Shown here piece after piece: positions 56,254-64,000 of a stretch of 64,000 bases of DNA. The stretch is from a virus. Lineage: Duplodnaviria > Caudoviricetes. Below the pieces are notes generated by a model, which searched no databases, was not told the DNA's origin, and was given only the letters and a program-made list of their open reading frames with translations. Location: positions 160,001 to 224,000 of IMG/VR virus record IMGVR_UViG_3300015606_001334; one strand, 5' to 3'. The first letter of the stretch is position 1, and the number at the start of each line of letters is the position of its first letter. The position numbers were made by a program, and so were the translations under genes.

Positions 56254-56457
56254 GATAAACTTCTCCTAAACGAAATAAACAAAATAAACTGTCGAAACAC
56301 ACGATTGTGTAGGGACACCGCTTCAATACAAGCAGCTTAAGGAGAATCAATCAAAGGAATTGCTGAAACTCAAACATCTAATGACGCATCAACTTTCTTT
56401 TATTCTCTTCGAACATGGCGTCCGAATCTTTTAAGTTGTTGCGATTGAAGAAATTAA

Positions 56458-56487
56458 ATTATACAACAAAAATCCAGCGGTGTAAAC
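56458..56487 (-). promoter_or_regulatory. early-type promoter GTTTAC-N18-TATAAT for SSB/uvsX
   Basis: Recurrent motif; ATAAATA at 56503-56509; 13-bp inverted repeat 56468-56480/56516-56528. Confidence 0.75.
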
Positions 56488-56535
56488 AACTTTCTTCATT
56501 TTTATTTATTGTTTCCCGCTGGATTTTTCAAAAAT

Positions 56536-58053
56536 TTAGACGATCGCGAAAGGCATTGGCTCGTCTTCTGCTTCTTCTGCATGCTCGTAGTCGAAGACCT
56601 TCTGGTGAGCTTGCTCGTTGAACTTTGCCATGTAGTCCAAAATTCTGATTGTGATCAAGGTTGCAGCTACAGCATCGTCGTTTGCGCCCGGCTTAGCTTC
56701 ATAGCCCTTGCCCTTCGAAGCATAGTTCTTCAGTTCGAAGATCAGATGGTCGGACATGATCTGAATGCCAGTGACCTTCTCAACCATGGTCTTCAACTTC
56801 AAAGCTGCCTGAATTTTGGTCTTACCAGAAGTGTACATTCCAAGCTTTCCTGGCTCGTCACAGACAAGTTCAGCGTGTTCATTCTGATTTTCATCATTGA
56901 AGTACAATGCTGAGATTGCCTCACCAATCGCATTTCGCTCAAAAGACCAGTAAACTTCAGGGCGAAGGTTGTTCTTATGCTTCAAGCTGGTCAAGCGCTC
57001 AAGGATCCAGGTGATCTTCTTGTAGAGGAATGGGATGATTAGTTTGTTGCTTCGGAACTCAGCGACCTGCTTCAGATCAGGGAACGAGAAGACTTGGATG
57101 ACTGAGTAGTCACTGTTTGAACCTGTCGCAGGGTCGACGCCAACCAAGAAGATCGGCACTCTGAGAAGTTCTTCTTCGCTCATGAAGAACTTGAAGTCTT
57201 CCTGTTCAAAGATCGGCTTTGATCCTCTGATCTGGTTGAGCTTGATTGGGTCAATCAGCAAGGAGTCAGAAGATAGGAATTCGCAGTCCAATTCTTGACG
57301 TGTCTTCACAGGACCCAACTTACCCTTCATCTCTTCGTAGTACTCTGGACCACGGTCTGGGTGCTGGTGCCAAAGAACCTTGACAGGGAAGAAGGAGTTC
57401 TGACCTGACATCGCTCCTCGCCAAAGTGTAGCATACAACTCGTCATCACCGTTCGGTGTAGAAGTCAGAACAAATTTACCACCTGTAGAAAGTGCAGGAG
57501 CTAGAGAAGCCCAAAGCTCGTCTTGAATACGTTTTGAGATGAACGCAATTTCGTCTAGGAAGATGATGGTTGGGGAATCACCTCGACCAGTCTTTTCAGA
57601 AGTTGCTTCACACTTGATCTTGGAGCCGTTATCGAATTCGATAGAGGTTCTGTTGTAGAACTTACAACCCGCTTTGATCCAGTCTGGTAATTCTTCGTAG
57701 GCGTACTTGATACGCGACATGATTTCTGTTGCGTGGTTCATCGCCTTGGATGCGATAATCGCCTTGATGTCTTCGTGGAATGTTGTCCACCAAAGGATGT
57801 ACATCGAAACGACAGTGGTTTTACCCAGCTGACGTGAGCAGAGTAGGATCGTGTCCTTGTTGTTGTGGACAGCATCGATCATTTCGAGCTGGTAATCGTA
57901 AAGTTCGAATGGAACGCAACCCTTCGTTGGGTGCTGAATCTTCACGTACTTTTTGATGAAATACACCGGATCGTTTTGACATTTTGCCAATTCCATTAAC
58001 TGGTCCGGTGTATACTCCGATTCTCGATTTGCTCTTTTAATTCCAACAGCCAT
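56536..58053 (-). CDS. terL: terminase large subunit (T4 gp17-like)
   Basis: LYDYQ, SRQLGKTT, IFLDEIAF, TSTPNG, QELDCEF, VGVDPATG, DYS, NDDAV. Confidence 0.95.
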   Translation of the reverse strand: MAVGIKRANRESEYTPDQLMELAKCQNDPVYFIKKYVKIQHPTKGCVPFELYDYQLEMIDAVHNNKDTILLCSRQLGKTTVVSMYILWWTTFHEDIKAIIASKAMNHATEIMSRIKYAYEELPDWIKAGCKFYNRTSIEFDNGSKIKCEATSEKTGRGDSPTIIFLDEIAFISKRIQDELWASLAPALSTGGKFVLTSTPNGDDELYATLWRGAMSGQNSFFPVKVLWHQHPDRGPEYYEEMKGKLGPVKTRQELDCEFLSSDSLLIDPIKLNQIRGSKPIFEQEDFKFFMSEEELLRVPIFLVGVDPATGSNSDYSVIQVFSFPDLKQVAEFRSNKLIIPFLYKKITWILERLTSLKHKNNLRPEVYWSFERNAIGEAISALYFNDENQNEHAELVCDEPGKLGMYTSGKTKIQAALKLKTMVEKVTGIQIMSDHLIFELKNYASKGKGYEAKPGANDDAVAATLITIRILDYMAKFNEQAHQKVFDYEHAEEAEDEPMPFAIV

Positions 58054-58086
58054 AAATCTCTTTCATAGTATGAAAGATGTATTTAT
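58052..58086 (-). promoter_or_regulatory. late promoter with hairpin over terL RBS/start
   Basis: AUAAAU-ACA-UCUUUCAU-ACU-AUGAAAGA-G-AUUUAU-G. Confidence 0.55.
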
Positions 58087-59453
58087 TGCACCATCCAGGC
58101 AATTTCGGGGAACACCCGCTCAAAGTCTAGCTCGCGTCTTTGGTCATACTCATTGTAGAAGAGCTTGAAATCCTGGAGCATTTCTGTGTGATTCGGTAAA
58201 TCCTGGTCCATATACTTCATGAGGCGCTCGAGCTGGTCGATTTCCTCAAGATAGAATAGAGCTTCACCAAATCCTGGCACCTTGTTTCTATGTGCTTCCA
58301 TTACTTCGGTGATATTCTTTTTAGCCTTCTCTTTGACGTCCTTTGGAAGGATTCGAATGTCCTGAAACATCGGCCAACGGAGGTAATTTACGCTCAGACC
58401 GAGAGTACTATGTGCTGCATCCTTAACGTGCTTTGCTCTAAGGATGATAATGTCCTCAAGGAATTCATGGAAGTTGAAGGCGCTAAGTGCATTCACTGTA
58501 GTCATGAAGACAATCTGAACTTCAGGCAAAGCAGTCATGATCTTATCGAGATTGTCGATAAACTTGTCGTAATCCATTCCATAACGAATATAGTTTGCCT
58601 GTTCGCCTGCTGCCTCTGCAGAGGTAAAGATCTTGATGTCTTTGACATTCCCCTGAATAGACTTCAGTTCTTCAATCAAGCGATCGATCAGCTTGTCTGG
58701 AACTCCGAGGTTGGTGTTGATCGCAAACTGTAGATTATGGTTTGGATTCTCTTTGATGTGGTCAATGACTTTCCATGTATGTTTAGAAAGAAGCGGCTCA
58801 CCACCAGTGATTCTGAAAACCTTCAATGTGGAGTAAAGTTCAGGCCACCATTTCCAAAACGCCTCGATGTACGGGTTGTATTCATCGCGATGGATAGGAT
58901 ACTTTCCAGACTGCTTTAACCAGTTGGAATCATGCATCGTAATGGTATGAAGTTTGTAAGGACCATGCTTCTCAACTTCAGCCATCCATTGCGTTGAAAC
59001 ATCTGGAGTGCAGTACATGCAGGCAAAATTGCAGGTGCTTTCAAAGGCAACTTCGAGGTAGGTTGGATTGAAGTTTGGACCTTCACCAGAGTCTAGGACG
59101 TCCTGAAGAAATGGACGAGACCATTGAGACCCAGATTTGTAGATTCGATCTGACACATTCTCATTGTTTGAGTTCTCGATTCTCCAGCAATAATCGCACT
59201 CTTTGGTTTGAATACCTTCAAGCAACTCTTTACGGGCGAACATCTTGATTGGAGTATTGTGGATTGCCTTATGATTGGTCTTCAAAAGCTCAGCATCAAT
59301 CTTATGTCTTGATGGGTGGTGACACGAATGAGTCTCGCCATTGTAAAGGAGAATGGTAGACTGAAGCCACTTTGCTAGGCAAAAGCTCGGGGAAATTTTG
59401 TCGAGCTCTTCTCTAACTGAGACGACTCGGTTAAAATATTCTAGGTTTGACAT
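58083..59453 (-). CDS. radical SAM protein with N-terminal twitch/SPASM-like Cys cluster
   Basis: CNFACMYC, TGGEPLL, INTNL; N-terminal FC...SCHH...ECDYCW; ATAAATA upstream. Confidence 0.9.
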   Translation of the reverse strand: MSNLEYFNRVVSVREELDKISPSFCLAKWLQSTILLYNGETHSCHHPSRHKIDAELLKTNHKAIHNTPIKMFARKELLEGIQTKECDYCWRIENSNNENVSDRIYKSGSQWSRPFLQDVLDSGEGPNFNPTYLEVAFESTCNFACMYCTPDVSTQWMAEVEKHGPYKLHTITMHDSNWLKQSGKYPIHRDEYNPYIEAFWKWWPELYSTLKVFRITGGEPLLSKHTWKVIDHIKENPNHNLQFAINTNLGVPDKLIDRLIEELKSIQGNVKDIKIFTSAEAAGEQANYIRYGMDYDKFIDNLDKIMTALPEVQIVFMTTVNALSAFNFHEFLEDIIILRAKHVKDAAHSTLGLSVNYLRWPMFQDIRILPKDVKEKAKKNITEVMEAHRNKVPGFGEALFYLEEIDQLERLMKYMDQDLPNHTEMLQDFKLFYNEYDQRRELDFERVFPEIAWMVQ

Positions 59454-59493
59454 TGTGATTTGCTTGGTTGGAAACGATGGAGATATTTATCGT

Positions 59494-60228
59494 TTACTTT
59501 CTTACCCAATCGGTCATATCAGCGTCAATGAAATCACTTTGCATATCAAGTACATCACGATCACCCTGCAAATGGTCATTGATTATTTGTTGGGCTTTAT
59601 TGATTTCTGTTGCAGCTGAAGTTCCACCATAGTTATGGACGAATTTTACCTGCTCTAAACCTTCAACTTGTAGGAGCTCTAAAACTCCTCTTTCGATTGG
59701 ATCGCATTGTAGGACCGAACCCATTATCCAATTCTTCGAAATCCCAGTGAAGGTTGTAATCTTATTTCCGTGGATGATTAATTCACCGCACTGAGATGGG
59801 ATACCGTCCCAATCTTTAAGTTGGTTGTCCGAGACATCACATCTATCTTGAACCGAGCCGGCCATACCTTCAAGAGATTCAATGCCGAGCCCTGGTACGC
59901 TGTAACGGCCATAGACGGTTATTGGGCCATTCTTCAATGAGCGAAGCTTTTCTCTACCATTAGTGATAATAATGAAGTTGCCATTTACTTCTCCAAATTG
60001 GTAAGGTAAGTAGCACATGTTGTCATCATCCAGTGGAAGATCATTGGCACGGATTCGAACGCTCTCTTGACAATTGATTACGAAATTCTTACCTTCTTTT
60101 TCAACTCGAATATTCCGTACTTTGACACTTGCACACCAATCTTCGATTTCCTGTTTGGTTAAACGATCATGCTCATCGCCCCAATCAGATTCGTTTAGGG
60201 TTTGTTTGAAAATTGCGGATAGTTTCAT
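59494..60228 (-). CDS. LRR-like protein, paralogue family member 4
   Basis: LRSLKNGP/IESLEGMA; C-term DVLDMQSDFIDADMTDWVRK. Confidence 0.8.
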   Translation of the reverse strand: MKLSAIFKQTLNESDWGDEHDRLTKQEIEDWCASVKVRNIRVEKEGKNFVINCQESVRIRANDLPLDDDNMCYLPYQFGEVNGNFIIITNGREKLRSLKNGPITVYGRYSVPGLGIESLEGMAGSVQDRCDVSDNQLKDWDGIPSQCGELIIHGNKITTFTGISKNWIMGSVLQCDPIERGVLELLQVEGLEQVKFVHNYGGTSAATEINKAQQIINDHLQGDRDVLDMQSDFIDADMTDWVRK

Positions 60229-61151
60229 ATTTTTGCCAATTCTGTAAATCCTGCGTCTACGAGTTCTTCTTGGAACTCAAAAACGTCGTGTGAGCCAATA
60301 TACTTTTCGACGATTGGAATGATTCCATCAGTCGGCCAAGACTTGTCTTCATTGTTTACGTCATAGAATGATTCTTCAACTTCATTTAATCCGTTGATCA
60401 TTGCCAGACCTAAAATTGAAGAAAAGATTTTGGTCTGATAAAGAGTAATTCGTTTTGCCGATTTGACGTATTTATGAATGTTATGGAGTGATGTTAATTT
60501 AGGTAGTTGATCTAGCGACAGCGTGTCTACTTCCTTCGGTAGATCTTTCAAATTGTCGTTAGTGAAATGCTCAGTTGAAGAAAGATTGAAGTTACCTAGC
60601 TTTTCTGGAATGCCAGAAAAGTCTTTAAAGTTTTTGCAGAATCTAATTGACAGATTCATGTCATTGCCGATTTTAGTTGGGAACCCTCTAATAGATTCTA
60701 TTCCATCACAAGCGAAAACTGAAAAAGATGAGTTAACCTCTTCTGGGCCACCAACAAGGTCTTTAACGGTACTATCTAAACCTTGTTCTTCAATAGTGAA
60801 CACTTCACACGAGCGAGGAACTCCAGCAAGAGATTTAAGCTTACAGCCTTGAGAAATAACAAATGCTGTTTTTACATCCTTAAACGGAAACGGCATTTGA
60901 CCATCAACCAGCATCCAATCTTGAATTTGGATTCTATCAACTCTATGGTGCCAATCGATACTAACAGTAACGTCATCATTAAACTTTACTGAAGCGTCCT
61001 CAAATAGGTCGCTAAACATGGGCATCATGACCTCTCCAGAATCTGGATCAACACATATCTTTGCGTAGATCTTTTTCAATTCCTCGACTGTCTTTGGCCA
61101 ATGAGGAAGTTTCTGGGATTCAATAAGGAAATGTTTAAATGTCTTTTTCAT
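60225..61151 (-). CDS. LRR-like protein, paralogue family member 5
   Basis: LKSLAGVP/IESIRGFP/LTSLHNIHKY; C-term DVFEFQEELVDAGFTELAKI. Confidence 0.8.
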   Translation of the reverse strand: MKKTFKHFLIESQKLPHWPKTVEELKKIYAKICVDPDSGEVMMPMFSDLFEDASVKFNDDVTVSIDWHHRVDRIQIQDWMLVDGQMPFPFKDVKTAFVISQGCKLKSLAGVPRSCEVFTIEEQGLDSTVKDLVGGPEEVNSSFSVFACDGIESIRGFPTKIGNDMNLSIRFCKNFKDFSGIPEKLGNFNLSSTEHFTNDNLKDLPKEVDTLSLDQLPKLTSLHNIHKYVKSAKRITLYQTKIFSSILGLAMINGLNEVEESFYDVNNEDKSWPTDGIIPIVEKYIGSHDVFEFQEELVDAGFTELAKI

Positions 61152-61777
61152 AGTCTTGCGTACTCTTCAAAACCTAATTCTAATAGTGCGTCTTGGCAAT
61201 CGAAAATATCTCCGCCTTCATAGTCTGGACTAGCAGGCAAGTACTTAGCAATAAGCTCTTCAAAGTCAAATCCACGTTGACCATTTGCGCCTCCGGCAGC
61301 TTTTCTCCAATCTGCTCCCATAGACAGTGCAGTTACACCTTTAATCTTTAGGATACCAAGAATGTGAGATTTGATCTTATTTCCATCACAGTAAATTTTA
61401 CCATTGATTTCTGTGAAGTGTTTATCTATACCTTTGAATGAATTGAAATGACAGTTTTCACCGAACATTATTGTCGATCTAATAATCTTTGGGAACTTAC
61501 TGAAGTCATTAACAATTTCATCGCCTGTTACGAAAAACAACCCGGACCCAATGTTGAGATTGAAATTCTTTGAGTCATAAAATTTGATAAACTTAGTTAA
61601 CTCATCAAAGTCTGAAGAACGTAAACGTAACTCTTTATCTAAAGAAACACTTTGGAAATCTTCTTGGTGCTGGTCAAGAAATTTTTTAACTTTATCAGAT
61701 ACAGTATTACCAACAGGGAAAGTCTCGTAATAACCAACTTGATTAGTCTGGTTTTCGAACAAGTTAAATAATTTCAT
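61148..61777 (-). CDS. paralogue family member 6
   Basis: FNSFKGIDKH...ILGILKIKGV; C-term DIFDCQDALLELGFEEYARL. Confidence 0.8.
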   Translation of the reverse strand: MKLFNLFENQTNQVGYYETFPVGNTVSDKVKKFLDQHQEDFQSVSLDKELRLRSSDFDELTKFIKFYDSKNFNLNIGSGLFFVTGDEIVNDFSKFPKIIRSTIMFGENCHFNSFKGIDKHFTEINGKIYCDGNKIKSHILGILKIKGVTALSMGADWRKAAGGANGQRGFDFEELIAKYLPASPDYEGGDIFDCQDALLELGFEEYARL

Positions 61778-62574
61778 AGTCTTGCCTGCTTTTCAAAACC
61801 CGCGTCGATGAGCTTGTCTTGAACTTCAAATACGTCGTCTTCGCCTTGGATACTCGCCTCGATGATCTCGCACCATCCCATACTTCTGTCTGCCAAATCC
61901 CATATGATAGTCTTTAGGTTTTTGACAAGCATAAGATTCAATCCACATTCCTCAATCACTTGGCGTTTTCTACCATTGAAGAGAATCAATTCAGCTTTAG
62001 ACTTTTCTCCAAATTTGACATATTTGTGGAAGTCATGGAATGACTTAATAGCGGTATCTGTGATGTTTAGATTACCAAAAATAGTTCCCAATCCTTTTAC
62101 TGACTCTAGCTTTGGGCAATCTGATAGAATAACCGTTCCAGTGTAGAGCATTTGCCCTTGTTCAGAAACTCTTTCAAGTTCTTTACATTGTGCAAATGAA
62201 ACAGGCCCTTCACACTGAAAACCAATAAGCCCAAGGTAATCAAGGTTCTTTAGTGACCAACAATGTTCAAAATTAGCAGTACCTTTTACCCATTTAGGAG
62301 CCCCTTCGACAGACTTCAGCTCCTTATTCATTGAGCAATGGAAATGCCCGGTAACGATGTTGAATCTGAAAGGAAGATATTCAAGAGATAATGCTTTGAG
62401 ATTCACGTTTCCTTTTACGTTTACCGCAGGCCCAAAAGCGGTATCAACAATTTGACAATTGGCAATGCCGCCTTCAATACATTCTTCGAAATCCCAAAGG
62501 GCTTTCTCAGTATCTTCTTTAGTCTTAGGAAGAGGAGCTTTCTCTTCCTTTAGGAAACGTTTAAATGAAATCAT
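61774..62574 (-). CDS. LRR-like protein, paralogue family member 7
   Basis: LKSVEGAP/LESVKGLG/IKSFHDFHKY; C-term DVFEVQDKLIDAGFEKQARL. Confidence 0.8.
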   Translation of the reverse strand: MISFKRFLKEEKAPLPKTKEDTEKALWDFEECIEGGIANCQIVDTAFGPAVNVKGNVNLKALSLEYLPFRFNIVTGHFHCSMNKELKSVEGAPKWVKGTANFEHCWSLKNLDYLGLIGFQCEGPVSFAQCKELERVSEQGQMLYTGTVILSDCPKLESVKGLGTIFGNLNITDTAIKSFHDFHKYVKFGEKSKAELILFNGRKRQVIEECGLNLMLVKNLKTIIWDLADRSMGWCEIIEASIQGEDDVFEVQDKLIDAGFEKQARL

Positions 62575-62575
62575 T

Positions 62576-63043
62576 TTACTGGTTCACGATTGGGCCATTA
62601 CCTTCGGCCATCATTTTCAAAAGTTGATTACGATCTGCCACTACAACGTTGTTAGTGGTTTGGTTTGCATAAGGAACGAAACCACCTGCAGATTTCTTAC
62701 GCTCATTCTTCACTTTAGCACGTAGAGCCACTGCATTTAGAGCAGTGTTCAAGTATCCCGCAGCAACTTCTGCGTTTCTTGCGGCATAACGTGGTTCAAG
62801 AATTTCAACAAATGCAGTTTGATTCTGATAAGCAGACATTGCTTCGCCGTAAATGGTGTCGATCTTCTTGTTGATTTCTTTATCTTCTTCGTCGGGTTCT
62901 GCAACAGGAGCCGGAAGATTAGCTTCAGTGGTTGCTAAATATTGATCGTCATCGATTGTGGTTAGATCAGTTCCTTCAAGAGGATCTGAATTGTAAGTAT
63001 CATCTAGACCGAATGTGTCTTCTAGGGGGTGTTTCATTTTCAT
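62576..63043 (-). CDS. terminase small subunit (T4 gp16-like), putative
   Basis: PRYAARNAEVAAGYL...TNNVVVADRNQLLKMM resembles gp16 central helix and C-terminus; upstream of terL. Confidence 0.6.
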   Translation of the reverse strand: MKMKHPLEDTFGLDDTYNSDPLEGTDLTTIDDDQYLATTEANLPAPVAEPDEEDKEINKKIDTIYGEAMSAYQNQTAFVEILEPRYAARNAEVAAGYLNTALNAVALRAKVKNERKKSAGGFVPYANQTTNNVVVADRNQLLKMMAEGNGPIVNQ

Positions 63044-63052
63044 GTTTTCTCC

Positions 63053-63550
63053 TTATGCAATATGAACAGCTTGTCTATATTTCTGAATATAGCCCATGGT
63101 GAAATCAATTGCATCATGAACAATCTTAAGATCTTCTTTGTTTTTACCAAAGAACCACTTCTTGAAATCGTCAAATCTACGCTCAACAATAGTCTTAAAG
63201 CTCATGAAGTGGTTATCATTGTAAGTGTTGAGAATCTTTTCAATTCCCTTTTCGACTTCACCCTCATTTGCGTGATCCATATCATTGTTATCGACTAATC
63301 GCTTGAAACCGATTAGGTCAGTAGGATCAATCTTCTTAGCTTGAACGAAACGGAAAAACTGTTCAAAAATAGCAACGATCTTAAGATAGTGATCAACTTT
63401 ATGGTTGTCGAGCTGCTCATCTTCTTTTAAAAGCTCAACAAGCTTTTTCTTTAAAACAGACAAAATATCTAGAATGTTTTCTTCCTGAATCTGCTCAATG
63501 AAACCTTCAAAAAGATCATTTGCGAGATATTGTTTTAATGTGAATTTCAT
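63053..63550 (-). CDS. hypothetical late protein, possibly virion-internal
   Basis: MKFTLKQYLANDLFE N-terminus; ATAAATA at about 63577. Confidence 0.65.
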   Translation of the reverse strand: MKFTLKQYLANDLFEGFIEQIQEENILDILSVLKKKLVELLKEDEQLDNHKVDHYLKIVAIFEQFFRFVQAKKIDPTDLIGFKRLVDNNDMDHANEGEVEKGIEKILNTYNDNHFMSFKTIVERRFDDFKKWFFGKNKEDLKIVHDAIDFTMGYIQKYRQAVHIA

Positions 63551-63579
63551 TTTGATTCCAATTCAATAACTTAGGCTAT

Positions 63580-64000
63580 TTATGCTAACAGAAGATCAAG
63601 CACTTTATGAAGTGCTTCTTTTCTTATAGCTAAATACTCATCACATTTAATCATTACTTCATGTTGTTTAAAATCTCTAAATTTGACAAGATCTGTTCTT
63701 AGTGAGTCATCATCGCAATGATAGTCAAGTGAATCCATAAATTCTTGGAATTCTTTGAATTCAGTGTTTGACACTGGAACTTTATCTAAATCTTCGTCGT
63801 CTCTATGACGATTGTTAAACTCTTGAGCAGAATAAGTAAAGTCTTCAACCTTAGGAGACCAACAAAATGTCACTCGGTCTAAAGGAAACACTGCGTAAAC
63901 ATCACCATATGATTCAGCTAGACTAGTCGAACGAGAAACGAAAATAGATTCTGATCTAAATTTTGTTCCAAATTTGTGTTTAAAATAGTCATCAGCAAGC
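63580..64000 (-). CDS. hypothetical protein, probably truncated by window edge
   Basis: ORF track 63580..63891; frame appears to extend upstream. Confidence 0.5.
   Translation of the reverse strand, partial: LADDYFKHKFGTKFRSESIFVSRSTSLAESYGDVYAVFPLDRVTFCWSPKVEDFTYSAQEFNNRHRDDEDLDKVPVSNTEFKEFQEFMDSLDYHCDDDSLRTDLVKFRDFKQHEVMIKCDEYLAIRKEALHKVLDLLLA

Noticed and set aside
1-64000. CRISPR array, introns/inteins in terL, nrdJ, uvsX or ligA, and stop-codon recoding
   Set aside because: No regularly spaced repeats seen; core genes are full length and uninterrupted in the standard code.

Overview
A 64-kb segment of a large lytic, T4-related (jumbo-type) myophage genome, almost entirely on the minus strand, in the standard code. 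No tRNA, rRNA or CRISPR array was seen. The right half carries core genes: terminase large and small subunits, gp32 SSB, UvsX/UvsY/UvsW, clamp loader subunits, class II RNR, dUTPase, dCMP deaminase, NAD-dependent ligase, GroES-like protein, GH108 endolysin, and a DnaE-type polymerase core split into two mini-genes. The left half is an accessory region rich in cofactor and nucleotide salvage enzymes: NAMPT plus NMNAT-Nudix, CoaD plus CoaE with an HD hydrolase, and a divergent PurA with a vWA protein. Two promoter classes recur: GTTTAC-N17/18-TAnAAT (early-type) and (T)ATAAATA (T4 late-type). Best new observations: (1) a two-hairpin leader RNA with conserved loops and covarying stems in front of both NAD-salvage genes and a third unknown gene; (2) that third gene ends in an apparent -1 programmed frameshift (U_UUU_UUC plus a three-way junction) fusing it to a HIRAN domain; (3) a candidate CoA-reconstitution operon; (4) an unannotated 37-aa type IV mini-pilin; (5) seven late, probably head-packaged paralogues, mostly LRR-like, with a shared C-terminal motif, three of them next to a tandem AAA+/vWA-peptidase pair; (6) T4 gene e-style RBS-locking hairpins on the lysis genes. 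All assignments come from reading motifs by eye; no database search was run.
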